In this document: piece after piece, positions 1-11,920 of the stretch
How the letters are laid out: each line of letters begins with the position of its first letter
Position numbering within the stretch: the stretch's first letter is position 1
From: Glaucostegus cemiculus
Lineage: Eukaryota
Direction of reading: 5' to 3'
DNA length: 64,000 nucleotides
Assembly: GCA_976551045.1 (NCBI GenBank)
Contig: CDPCPM010000157.1
Location: 4,960,001 to 5,024,000 of the forward strand
Translations under genes and position numbers: made by a program
The notes under the pieces: generated by a model
Seen by the model: only the letters and a program-made list of their open reading frames with translations
Databases searched by the model: none
What the model was told of the DNA's origin: nothing

Positions 1-319
1 ATATGTGGGCTGTACAGAGCAGGCAAGCTGTAATCCATCCGTGGGTACACAGTTGATTTACAAGCAGTTTCCCTTTTCCAGTTGTGGGTTACATAAACGG
101 ACTTGCATCGAAAATAATGACTGAAGACCTAAATCATTTATTTTTCTTTGCTCATTTTCCTTCCAGGTGTGCCAAACTCTTGCTGGAAACTGTTCAGTGG
201 GAACTGCTCAGTTTTCCTGTATCTCCATCAGTCTCTCTGCACGGACAGTGATGGTTTGCAGGGGTTTCATTTGTGGGTCATCCCTGCCAGATTTGACGCT
301 GCCTTCAGCTTACAATGTT

Positions 320-704
320 ATAGTGTCATACAGAACAGAAATAGGCCCTTCTATCTATTGTACTCACCCACTCTAATCTCATTTACTCGCATCAGGTCCA
401 TAGCCTTCTACTGTCTTTTCTCAAACAAGCTTCTTTTTAAACAATTTCACATATATTAAATTAGCTGGGATTTGAAGTCATAGCTGTGGATGGTTCATCC
501 AGGCCTCTGGACTGCTAACCCAGCAATTAAATCACTATTGTACCCATCTCTGCTCAAGCTGCAACTCTGGCCAAGATGACACTGAGTACCAACATTTGAG
601 GATGTCATCCCACTCCGACTGACTACTCGGACTGCTGTGGTACAGTCCTGTAGAGGTGGCAGTTCTCCATGCAGTACACAACCGTTTCCTTCCCTTGCCA
701 TGAC
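320..704 (-). mobile_element. Composite SINE-like element, copy 1 (unknown ~135-nt head + tRNA-like segment + CR1-type tail)
   Basis: Aligns end to end with 33870-34279. Same 5' end (GTCATGGC on minus), tRNA-like segment (..TAGTGATTTAATTGCTGGGTTAGCAGTCCAG..TTCAAATCCC), CR1/HER1-type tail (gaagggcct..ctgt). Confidence 0.7.
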
Positions 705-1012
705 TACATAGATCCAGACACCTTGTGTGTGTCTGTCAGGCAGGAGTTACCGGAAGGGGATCAAGTTGGGTACCCTGGAATAACTTTTCTATCTCCGTGT
801 AGGAGTGCTGGGATAAAGTTTGTTACTAAAACTACCCCCTCAGCAATTTCCATTCTGAAAATAAAAGCCCAAAATAAAGGAAGACTTTGGGAAAAGGCTG
901 TGCTTGGGAAAAGGAGCCGCAGGATGTGAGGTACTGGGAAAATGAATCAAGAATGAGCTTGCATGATGACTCTTCTGACTGAAAGGGCAAGTATCACCTT
1001 CCTCTTTCTCTC

Positions 1013-1198
1013 TGGCCCTTGCACTTTATTAGTTTACCTGGACTGCACTTTCTCTGTAGCTGCTACTCTATATTCAGCATTCTGTTTTCTTTTTACTACC
1101 TTGATGTATTTAATAATGGTGTGATCTGCCTGGAATGCAAGCAAACAAAAGTTTTTCACTATCTCAGTACACGTGACAATAATAAACCAATTCCAATT
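1013..1198 (+). mobile_element. Rex1/Babar-type LINE 3' UTR fragment
   Basis: Matches the 3' UTR of 30420-31153 (tgcactttctctgtagctg ... gtgacaataataaaccaat). Confidence 0.75.
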
Positions 1199-1614
1199 CT
1201 CCCTCGTTCTTTTTTCCTCCTACGTCCCCTTCCTTCACAAGCCAGAGCATCACCTCCATTTTGCAGCCAAACCATTAGAGAAGTGATGCAATTGATTACC
1301 CTGGACCTCTTACCCAGTTACGTACCTGCAGGTGATCCAGATCTGACTGCATTGTATATTGTCATTCAGAGACCTCCACTTCCCCACCAATTCAACGTGT
1401 TAGAGTTAAAGATGTGGCTATTATCTTCTGTCCCAACTCATACCTTCCCAAAAGGCCAACACCCTTCCCCACTCTTCAGTCATCCTTCGTTCTACAGGAA
1501 GAGCCTTGCAAAGTCTGGCATCAGCCAACCATTTTTGTTGGGTTTCCTAGACTCCACTTGTACTGGTGTCCTGATTTCAAACCCTAATGGACGATTACGT
1601 TAGCAAGGTTTAGT

Positions 1615-1880
1615 AACATAAGAACACAAGAAAGCAGGAGCAGGACTAGGCCATTCCACCCTTCAAACCTGTCCCACCAACCAACATGAGCATGGCTGGC
1701 CTACTCTTCTTCCCTGCCTGTAGCCCCCAATTCCTTGATCCTTCAAAAAATTATCCAAATTATTTCATGCCTCTGCAATCCTCCGGGATAGGAAATTCCA
1801 AAGTATTCACCACTCACGCAAAAAGAAGACCTAGTTGCCACAGTTTTAAATGACTTCTCCCTGCTCTTGTAACTGTGTTC
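1615..1880 (-). mobile_element. CR1-type LINE 3' end, degenerate
   Basis: acataagaac..gcaggagcagga..ggccattc terminus as in 22036 and 48915 copies. Confidence 0.6.
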
Positions 1881-2902
1881 TTGAAATAAACTTTATAAAG
1901 GGCTATTCATCACTGAAAACTAAAGCAATGCCACCACACAGTTGCATTAAAGGAATTGACAGAAAATGGTCCATTAATGAATCTTAATATAAAATGGTCA
2001 GCTTGCAATAATGTAATAAGGAGAACCATTCACAGTTCTGGAAATAGCAAGCATCATTATGGTAAAAGCTTTCCACAATAAAGCTGTCTCCCTCTTCTCC
2101 AAGCAAGTTAACAGAGGGCCCTACATTTTGAAAAACTAAAGTGACCTGGAATCCACAATGACAATAACATATATGTACAATAAAACAGTTCATCCACACG
2201 GAGGCAACAGCAAGCAAGAACAATGATGCCAAACTGCTCGAGGGCGCTAAACTAGGTAGAAGTGTATTAATTAGATCAGATGTTCACTAATCCCTGTCTG
2301 CTGGTGTTAGGTTACAAATGTGGGATTATCAATGGTCACAAACCTTACCATTACCCTGAGCATATGGGAGTCATAGCTGGTGAGACAATACAACTGCCAA
2401 TCAATCAGGGCACTTGGGGATGACCAGCTTCTCTGGTGTCTGAATATTCTACTCCTCCTTAGGAAGTCTCTTGGAATCAATAATGACTGATTTACACTCT
2501 GGTATTGAGGGTTCTGAGATAGGTACTGAGACCAATGTGGGAACCACAGACTCTTCCACAGATTGGGTCGGCTAGCAGCTGATGGGATGGGCAGTTTGGC
2601 TGGTGGTATAGCCTGTGATGCCCCAATGGGTCAGTCTGAGAGGATGGTTCAAGGTGACTTTGTTGTGTGCCATAACAGAGTTCAAAGTATCAGTGGGCAA
2701 AATATTGTTGTCTTTTAATAGTAAAACAGTGGATCTGGTGGGTGGCATTAAAAAAAAACACTGGCAAGCGTACATCTATCCCACATTAGGATGGAATAAA
2801 TCACAAAAGTTTACCCTTGGAAATGCCTGCAGTGCAATTTTGAATTGTTAAGTTCCCTCACTTCAAATATACATCAAGGTCTCATTAATCTACTGTATTA
2901 GA

Positions 2903-3265
2903 ATCATGGAGTCACAGAGTTATACAGCACAGAAACAGGCTCTTTGGCCCATCACATCCATACTGACCATCAATTACTCATCTATACTAATCCCCTTTAC
3001 CAGCACTGGTCCATACTATTTTATGCCTTGGCAATTTAGGTGTTCATCTAAATACCTCTAAAATGCTGTGAGGGTACCTGCCTCCAACACCATTCAGGTT
3101 GTGAGTTCAAGATTCCAAACCCCCCCAACCTTGGGTGAAATATTCACTCCTCAGATCTCCTCTCAGCCTCTTGCCTTTCACCCTAACCCATGCCATCTAG
3201 CTCCAGACACCTCTACGGTGGGGAAAAAGTTCATCCTCTCTCTTCTATCCATGCCCCTCAATATT
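2903..3265 (-). mobile_element. CR1 (HER1-like) LINE 3' fragment
   Basis: Reverse complement resembles the 3' end of the 26085-26640 copy. Confidence 0.7.
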
Positions 3266-3361
3266 TGTCTAATATTAATACCAACTCCCTCCGTGTTCAT
3301 TGTCACAATACCACAGAGATACGTTGCAAACGTTATTAACACGAGGACTCCAGACACTGGA

Positions 3362-3590
3362 GGCACAAGAGATTGCAGATGCTGGAGTCTGGAGCAACAA
3401 ACAATCTGCTGGAGGAACTCAGCAGGTCGGGAAACATCTGTGGGAGGAAAGGAATTGTCAACATTTTGGGTTGAAACCCCGTCCTGATGCAGCATTTCGA
3501 CCCGAAATGTTGACAATTCTTTTCCTCCCACAGATACTGCTCAGCCCTCTGAGTTCATCCAGCAGATTGCTTGTTGCTCTAGACTACAGA
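3362..3590. mobile_element. Inverted pair of Penelope-type terminal repeats with hammerhead-like motif at the centre
   Basis: About 110-bp arms (gagcaacaaacaatctgctggaggaactcag.. / ..ctgagttcatccagcagattgcttgttgctc); gtcctgatgc..cgaaatgttgac at 3481-3514. Confidence 0.8.
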
Positions 3591-4335
3591 TATTGTCTTA
3601 TTCAGCTGGCTGTATGAATGAAGAGAGAAAGACTCCAGCTCTGGTGTCCAACTGTTTACCTGATGCTATTTTCCATGACTTTTCATCTTGTTTAATGACT
3701 CCTTTCTCTGCTCAATCTGGCGCTGACTTTGACATATGCCAGAACTGGGATTGGACACATTAGCACAACAGATCAAGGTCAATCCGAACATTTCCAGTCC
3801 TTTTAGTTTCTGTGATATAGCAATTTGTCCTTGAGATGATACATTCTTCTCTTCCATTCCTTAAACCTTGACTCTGTTAATTTACTATGAACCATTAATA
3901 GTCACATAATGGTAGAGCTATACAGAACAGAAATAGGCTCTTCAGCCCAAATGGCCTGAGTTGTCCAATTGAGCTAGTCCCATTTGCCAACCAAGTAACT
4001 GAACTGAGCTAGTCCCATCTGCAAATTATTAACTGTGTTATAATTTGAACAATGCTCATACAATGAGTTGTGGATTAATATCAAAAATTAGGGTTATTTA
4101 TATGAAAATCAAAAAAACTACAGATCCTGAAAGTCTGAACCAGAAACAGACGGTGCTGCAAATACACAGGAGGTCAGGCATCATCTGTGGAAAGGGGAAC
4201 AGGATTAATCTTTTAGGTCGGAAACCCTTTGTCAGTTCTGCTGAAAGATCTTCGACCTGAGATATTAACCTTGTTTCGCTTTTCTTGATTATTTATAGTG
4301 CATTTTCAGTAATCTAAATTCACATTGACATATTG

Positions 4336-4628
4336 GGCAGCACAGTAGTGTAGCAGTTGGAATGCTATTACAGCACCAGTGACCCGGGTTCAATTCCTGC
4401 CACTGTCTGTAAAGAGTTTGTACATTCTCCCCGTGTCTGTGTGGGTTTCTTCTGGGTGCTCCAGTTTCCTCCCACATTCCAAAGACGTACAGGTTAGGAA
4501 GCTGTAGGCGTGATATGTTGGCGCCAGAAGTGTGGCGACACTTACGGGCTGCCCCCAGGACACTCTACACAAACGATGCATTTCACTGTGTGTTTCAATG
4601 TACATTTGACTAATAAAGATATCTTATT
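4336..4628 (+). mobile_element. tRNA-derived V-SINE (HE1-like) with Rex-type tail
   Basis: A/B-box head (gggttcaattcc), V-domain (ttctccccgtgtctgtgtgggtttc..ctccagtttcctcccacattccaaagac), tail tttcactgtgtgtttcaatgtacatttgactaataaa. Confidence 0.85.
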
Positions 4629-4702
4629 CTCTTTCAGGCAGGCCCATCAACTCCCCTTTTGATCCACTAACCTCGTGTCTATTTTACAACTTGCAGTGCA
4701 GT

Positions 4703-4847
4703 ACAGGATAGGAGCTGTGGGCACGCAATGTTGGCACTGCAAGAATGGCGACACTTGCGGGCTCTCCCCAGCACATTCTCAGTAACACAAAAAGATGCAT
4801 TTCACTGTGTGTTTCGATGTACATGTGACTAATAAATAAATATCTTA
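4703..4847 (+). mobile_element. 3' half of V-SINE (Rex-type tail)
   Basis: Repeats 4490-4625 (ggcgacacttgcgggc..atgcatttcactgtgtgtttcgatgtacatgtgactaataaa). Confidence 0.75.
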
Positions 4848-4954
4848 TATAACATCTGGATTTATCGTTGCTCTTTCTTCTGCAGTATTTCACTGACAGA
4901 TCTCCAGTGATGTTGCTCATGGTACCAGTCTCAGTTACAAGAAGGAAACTTTAC

Positions 4955-5096
4955 CTCTTAGCACAGTGAGCTTTGCCGTCACGGTTACGTCATCAAGCGC
5001 GTTGGTTGCTTGACACTCATAAACTGCCTCATCCCTGGGAGTCCGCAAGGGCTGTATTCTCAGGACTGCTCCAGCGCCGTCATCAAACTCAATCAC
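4955..5096 (-). CDS. PTPRS: LAR-family receptor tyrosine phosphatase (PTPRS-like), exon encoding second half of Ig1
   Basis: Not in the ORF track; read manually as [47 protein letters not shown](E). Acceptor ctctgttag| (phase 0), donor AGAG|gtaaag (phase 1), 142 bp. In frame with the 6812-6957 exon across a 1715-bp intron. Confidence 0.95.
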
Positions 5097-6556
5097 CTAA
5101 CAGAGTTAATTAAAGAGATGGCAGGAATTAGATTACATTGCTCATTGTCCCACCACAGCTTCTACCCAGCTCTCCCCTTGTTGCTGCTCCCTCTAACTGT
5201 GAATGACCCTGGGATGGCTTCTGTGTTAAGGCAATGTTAATTCCAGTTTGGCTCCAGGCTAAATCTGGCAACAATCAATGGAAGAGAAACACTGAAAGAT
5301 GAACAAGATCATAACAAAACCCAAGTTAACATTATTCTCAAATTACCAAGACAGAAATAGAGCAATAAAACTTGTAAGATCCACATTCCTTTCTTCTCAA
5401 CATAGATTAAGTTGTTTCAATAACTTTCTTTCTATAAATAATGCTTTGCACCTCTAAGATGAAATTGATTTTTGGAGAGCTGGAACACTCAACTAATGAT
5501 GCTACCAAACAGGCTGCAATGAGATAAATCAAGGCTTTTTAAAAAGAGAACACTTTTGAACCACAGTTTCCTTTCTATTAGAAGCAATGGAGGAAGATTT
5601 TGGAAAGCACATGCATCTCCTGCTATCACCATTGTCAATAAATTCAGAGGTAAACAACGTCTGATGACCAGATGATGGATGTCTGAGTTCCCCAAAGAAA
5701 CTCACATTCTAGTTTGTCTGTTTAACAGAATATATCCTTGTCCAGACAGAACCAGCCCAAACAATGCATGAACTGTGGCAGACCTATCCCGCTAAGGAAA
5801 TGGACATTTTATTGCTTGGGTCATCCCACTCCTGTTGTCTCTGTTGTATTTCAACCTTAGATAGAGAGACGGTGACTGCGTTTCATTTTGTTAATCTGTG
5901 TCCTCCCCTCAACCCTGAGCCTTCTACTCCATGTGTCGACATCAGTGGGGTTCTGTTCCCTAGTAACCGTTCTCCATGTTTCATATGTGAGCATGGACAG
6001 ACAGCCTTGGAAGTTACATGACCTCGAAGAGGTGCATGGCACAACTATTGATCTTGCCCGTGACTAACATCCAAAGGAGCCCCCTTTGTAGCAGACTCAT
6101 TGTAAAGTAATCTAGAGGGGAGCCCTGGCTCATTACAGCTCTCTCCAGGCATTGCTACCTCACCCTGTGGTCCATGGCAGTTAGGTTGTCAGTACTCTGA
6201 ATATTCCCAGGGATCCCTTTGATTTTCTGCAGTAAAAGTGTTGGCAGGTTGGCAGCAACCCAAACCAGTTCTGTGGGCAGCCGAAATGCCATTTTTCTGG
6301 TGTTTCCAATGAAGAAATCAAGCGAGGCAGGGAAATCCCTGCAGATATCCCACCAGGAGAAACATTCGTCTCAGGCTGATGGGCTTGTGGAAGGGAGATG
6401 GGAGAAGGTAGGGGATTGGAACTCGACTTGTGTTGAAACATAGCCTGAGCAATTGTAATGTCCAGGCACCATTGTTACTTGTGACAATGAATCTACTCAG
6501 TCCCAGGAACCAGCCTGCAACCCAAGCAGCTGAATTATTTTGTGTTTTCAGTTTAT

Positions 6557-6807
6557 GGGTGGCACGATAGCGTAGCGGTTAGCGCAACGCTGTTACAGCG
6601 CTAGCGACTGGGGTTCAATTCCCATCGCTGACTGTAAGGAGTTTGTACGTTCTCCCGTGTCTGCGTGGGTTTCCTCCGGGTGCTCTGGTTTCCTCCCACA
6701 TCCTGAAAGACTTACGGGTAGGTTAATTCGGGGGTTTAAAATGGGCTGCGCGGACTCGTTGGGCCGAAAGGGCCTGTTACCACGCTGTAAGTAAAATAAA
6801 AGTTAAA
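6557..6807 (+). mobile_element. V-SINE (HE1-like), CpG-rich young copy abutting the exon donor site
   Basis: ggcacgatagcgtagcggttagc..ggggttcaattccc head, V-domain, gggccgaaagggcctgtt tail; very similar to 51083-51312. Confidence 0.9.
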
Positions 6808-6811
6808 TTAC

Positions 6812-6957
6812 CTCAAAACGCTGCGAGCTCACTCGCTTTCCTTTCTTGTTCCAGGTAACTCGTGGCTTGGGGCTTCCTGTGGCCTGGCAGACGAATGAAG
6901 CCACTCCTCCCGAAACACCAATCTGGTCACTGGGCACCTTCATGAACCTTGGAGGGG
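6812..6957 (-). CDS. PTPRS: LAR-family receptor tyrosine phosphatase (PTPRS-like), exon encoding first half of Ig1
   Basis: Translates (x)[48 protein letters not shown], the LAR-RPTP Ig1 N-half with the basic KKGKR glycosaminoglycan-binding loop. Acceptor ctcttgttctttccag| (phase 1), donor GAG|gtaatt (phase 0), 146 bp. Family certain; paralog label tentative. Confidence 0.95.
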
Positions 6958-9802
6958 CTGGAAAGAACAAGAGCAGAATGCTATCAGGAACCGGAAGGAC
7001 TAAACATCTCAAAAGGAATCAGCTCAAATCATTGACATTTTACCCAGACTTCTCATGCTAAGTGTGATTCACAATCCATTCAATATCATCAGCTCACAAA
7101 ACAGCTCTGGGCAATGAGAGATGTTGTTAGTACACCCCAAAGAGGTGGACATTCCTGAAGGAGCCTTTCCCCTCAGCTGCTTCAAACGCAGTAGGGGCCA
7201 TGTTCTGATTACCTGGCTCTGAATGGTATGGCTTGGTGCTTTTCATTTGGACCTTCTCCAGTTAGTAAAGGAGAAGGTCCAAATAAGTTTACATCCCTGC
7301 TCAGTTGTTGCTGATGTGGGCTCTACCAGCAGGATAAATGGGTCTTCCTGTACATGAAGGAGGGACTCCCACACACCACACAGGACATCCCACCGTATCA
7401 CAGTGAGGGCTTTAACTATAGGTACCAGGAGGGTATTCTCCTGATAAATATACAACTTGTTTACTGTGAACTAAAGTTATGCTATAACATCTATCGCTCT
7501 TATAATACGCTGACAAAGAGGTACAATGTAAACATTTAATCAGGGTGTTTGTTTTTAACTGTGACCCACTGGAGTCATGTGAACTTTTGCAGGGCAGCCC
7601 TCAATATGGGGACCTCTCCTTCCCCCCTATGTGCCTGGTCAGGGATGGTGAGAATTCTGGTGACGGTAACATGGGAATGGTCTGAATCGCTTGTCCCTTC
7701 CCCTTCTCCTTCTGGTTTTACTGGAGGTGGAAAGATAGGCAACAAATCCATTCACAGCACTTCAGGTGCCACTGTGAATTCAGCAATGAGGTTGTATGCC
7801 TCCAATTCAACCACACTTCTAAAGTTAGCCTTGGGCAGCAGAGGTTGTCTATCCCTGAGGAATGCTGGCAGCTGTTAAAAAGTAGGGACTGATTGACACA
7901 GGAATTGAATAGGTTTCCACTTAACCTCCTGCACCCACCTGCCCATCCCTGTAACATGACACTCACACCTCTGATACTTCAGCTTCCTTTCCTCAGTAAG
8001 GGAGCAGCAGATGGAAGCACTTTGTCTTCTGATCTCCACTCTGACTTCACCAATTTTCTCATTCCAACTTTACCAACATTCCCATCCCAAGTTTCATGAT
8101 CTCCCCATCCCAAATTTTCCAGTCTTCCCATCCCAACCTCTTTAAATTTCCTCACCCTGACTTATCATCTCTTCATCGAATCCTTTTAAATCTCCTCACC
8201 CCAGCTCTTCCAGTCCCTCCATTCCAACCTATCCATCCTTTCACCCTGACTTTTCCAACATTGCAAGGCGCACATTCATGTCTGACGATGGAGCCTGCAG
8301 CTGAGGCAGCGTGCCCGAGCTGGGCTTCAGGATGCTCTTTGCTCACTGATGATGACTGACTGAGCCTCAACCAAAGACTCGTCCACCCTTCTAAACCCCA
8401 GCAGATACGAGCCCCAGCCTGTCCAACCTTTCCTCGTAAGGTAACCCCCACCCATTCTAGATATAAGCAGAAGCATGCAGCTAGAAGGCAAGCTCTCGGG
8501 ACATGAAAGGAAGGCAATGAATGCAATGGGGGGGGGGGGGAACGTGTAAAAGAAGGAGGGGGCAGAGCCAATCACCATTAACAGCCTTTTCCTGCAGGAG
8601 ATTTTCCTCATTTAAAACTAAATTGCAAATAAAAACCTAATCAGATTGCAAACTGCAACAGAGAGGGGAACCTTTTCTGTCCTGTCCAGCCCAGCCCCTC
8701 CTGGTGAGGCGATGACAGCTCATTGTATAGTGCAACGTCTTCCCACTTACAAACAGGTAACAGGCAGCTTCTCGCCGGAAGAGATTAACATTTCAACATC
8801 CTCTGCCTTCCATTCACAGGAAGACAAGGATCAGCTGGTCCCCCAAAGGAGCCCCCTTACAGATGCGGATAGATATTGAACAGCCAGACCTCAACAAAGC
8901 CATTCAATCACTCTTTCCCAAGTCCAGCTGCCTGCCCAGTTTCTACAATAAATACCAAAGACTTGGCCTAGTTAACAGCGAGCAGATTGTGTGCCACTAT
9001 TAAATGCTGCTTTACCCAGCCTGTGAGCTCTCTGATGGATGCTGATCCAAGGCTTTACTGGCTCCACATCCTGATAATATGACTTCCCCTATGGAGCCAG
9101 TGGAATGAAGGATGCCACAGGCTCAGTGAGTCACCACGAGTGCAAGAGGAATATTCTGCAGCCCAGCCACAGTGTCAACTGAAACACTCCTTTGGAAAAA
9201 TGTCAAACATGCTTGCCTCTGGAAATACTGGCAGAAACTTGGGATGTTAGGATGTGGTTTTGACAGCGTTATTTGCACTGTTCTGTGAAGAGTGAATTTC
9301 CACTAATGCCTCATTGGTTTATGCATTGGTATAAAACTTCCCTGCTATTTTTAGGCAGGCAGCAAGAAATCATCAAAAATTAATGTGAACATTACGCACG
9401 AGGTGAAGCTGCTTGCAAACAATAATGGCCACAGTAGCAGTGCGGGAAGGTGAATCTTCTGATGTGTGTCCCTAAGCTTGGCTAGGAGAACTTAAGAAAA
9501 TCCATAGTGTGGAAAGACAATTATGCCTCGATCCCATTTTGTCAAGGCACTGCTTGTAATGGACCCGTGACTCACATCACTTATCTTTCAGGGCACATCA
9601 ACTTCCCTTCCTCAGGAAGAGGAGCAGCAGATCGAAGCACTTTGTTGGACGTTATATATCAGCACCTTCGTAGACTGAAGGTGCTGGCTATTTGGGCTGT
9701 CATCTTGTCTGAAGCCCAGCATCTGCTTAAAGCTAGAGACCATAGCAGGCGATTCAATTCCTCAAGCTTGTTCCACCATTCAAATTTATCTTGTGCTCAT
9801 TT

Positions 9803-10345
9803 CTGGTATTGTGTTCAGTTCCTGTCGCCTCATTATAGGAAGGATGTGGAAGCTTCAGAGAGGGTGCAGACGAGATTTACCAGGATGCTGCCTCGACTGG
9901 GGAGCATGTCTTATAGGTTATAGGATAGGTTGAGTGAGCTAGGGCTTTACTCTTTGGAGAGAAGGAGGATGAAAGGTGACTTGATAGAGGTGTACAGGAT
10001 GATAAGAGGCATAGATCGAGAGGGCAGTCAGAGACTTTTTCCCAGCGCAACAATGGCTAACATGAAGGGGGTATAATTTTAAGGTGATTGGAGGAAGGTA
10101 TAATGGAGATGTCAGGGGTAAGTTTTTTACACAGATAGTGGTTGGTGCATGGAACGCACTGCCTGCAGAGCTTGTGGGGGCAGATACAATAGGGACATTT
10201 AAGAGACTCTTAGTTAGACACATGAATGAGAGAGAAATAGGGGGCTATGTGGGAGGGAAGGGTTAGACAGATCTTACAGGATAAAACGTCGGCACAACAT
10301 TGTGAGCCGAAGGGCCTGTACTGTGCTGTAGTGTTCTATGTATCT
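9803..10345 (+). mobile_element. CR1 (HER1-like) LINE 3' fragment
   Basis: Encodes YCVQFLSPHYRKDVEASERVQTRFTRMLP and RGKFFTQIVVGAWNALP (CR1 ORF2 C-terminus); tail gaagggcctgtactgtgctgtagtgttctatg. Confidence 0.9.
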
Positions 10346-11500
10346 AGAAGGTTGCAACATGCCCAGAGGAAAGACGAGGTGTTGGTCCTTGTGCCTGCAT
10401 TGGTTTTGTTGTAGCAATGCAGGAGGCCAAAGAGAGAAAGGTCAGTGTGGGAGTGGGATGGGGAATTAATGCAGGAGGCAATGGGAAGCTCAGGGTCTCT
10501 TGTGTGGCTGAGCAGAGGTGCTCCACAAAGTGATCACATAACCCCCTCCCCTCCTCCCACCTTGCTCCATCTGTCTCTTGATTTTTTTTGCTCTCTCTCC
10601 TTGTCAACCACTTATCGCTCACTGGCCACCCCCAACTCCACTCTCCTTCTCTCCCCTACCCGGGGCAACCTGTCCATCATTTTTCACCCCTCGTCAGTCC
10701 ATCAATCACCTCGGACTCCTGTCTCACCACTTCCCTTCCCCTGTTTTTATTGGCCAGCTCAGTCCTGATGTTTTGACACAAAACATCAACAATTCCTTCC
10801 CCCCACCACAGATGCTGCTCGACCTGCTGAGTCCCTCCAGCAGATTGTTTGTTGCTCCACATAATCTGCGTTTGGTTTGCAGTTAATTGGTGCGGGAGGA
10901 GAATCGGTGGGGGTGTGATTAATGGCGATGTGAAAGGAAGAAGGGGGATTGGGTACGGATGGAGGCACAAGAGACGGCAGACGCTGGAACCTGGAGCAAC
11001 AAACAATCTTCTGCAGGGACTCCCCAATGCTGGAGGAACTCAGCAGGTCAGGCAGCATCTGTCGAGAATGCTGAAGAAGGGCCCTGACCCGAAATGTTGA
11101 CCGCCTACTTTTCTCCAGTGGTGCCTGCTGAGTTTCTCCAGCATCATGGTGTTTTTCACCTGGATTCCAGCATCTGCAGTTGTTTCTCTGCTGGAGGGAC
11201 TCAGCGGGTCGAGCAGCATCTGTGGGAGGAAGGGAATTGCTGACATTTTGGGTCGAGCCCCCACTTCAGGACTGAGAGTGGAGAGGAGAGGTAGCCAGTA
11301 TAAAGTTGGGGAGTGGTGGGACAGAGGCCAGATGCGATTGGTGGACTGGGGGTGGACGGGGGAGGCGGGGGTTGGAGATGAGTGGATGGTGGGCAGATTG
11401 AGCTATGTGGGAGGGGAAGGGGGATAGAGATGGGTGAACGATAGATGGAGGCAGGCACACAGAAGAGGGAGCTGGAGTCAGGAAGGGAGGGTGAAGCTGG
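10346..11500. mobile_element. Cluster of Penelope-like element fragments (GIY-YIG remnant on minus plus several terminal repeats in both orientations)
   Basis: Minus strand reads LCDHFVEHLCS (GIY-YIG C-part, cf. 29440). Repeated cagatgctgc..ctgctgagt..ccagca units; hammerhead-like cores at 11071-11103 (+) and about 11240-11275 (-). Confidence 0.8.
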
Positions 11501-11579
11501 AGACAGCAGTGGGTCCACACACAGTGAGCTAATGGACCAGTTTCTCCGCTGTATGACTCTACAGCAACCAAAGAGGGAA

Positions 11580-11920
11580 TGCAAATGTGGCCTTACGAAT
11601 GATATCCACATCTCAAACAGAAACAAAAGCATAAAATGTAACCCCACTCTGTTTGAAGGAGCGTTAAGTTCTAAACTTGGGATCATTTTACCATATAAGA
11701 CACCATGAGCAATTCCCCTGGGAAATTATTGGTGTCAACTTGGAGTGCCTCTGTTGGCACGACCTCTGGACTGACATTTTCAATACTCAGAGCCTTCCCC
11801 ACCCATTTCTACTGGAGTCACTGTTGTGGTGAGATGGCCAAACAGCTGGGAGGAGATGGATTTGAAGGGGGCAGATGGGGAGGTACTCAAGCTGATAGAT
11901 TCCCAACAAGAGGAGCTGTC
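11580..11920 (+). mobile_element. Tigger/pogo DNA transposon fossil, left part
   Basis: EMAKQLGGDGFEG/ADGEVLKLIDSQQEELS (one frameshift) resembles the Tigger transposase C-terminal region (LAxxxGGEGF..EVxELLxSHxEELT). Left boundary uncertain. Confidence 0.6.

Noticed and set aside
1-4900. Expected Ig2 exon (..MGPQLKVVE..WFKDFLP..)
   Set aside because: Not found on the minus strand; presumably lies left of the window.
7212-7246. Short MKSTKPYHSEP ORF ending at phase-1 donor CAG|gtaatc just upstream of the Ig1 exon
   Set aside because: Not hydrophobic, so it cannot act as a signal peptide; no supporting evidence.
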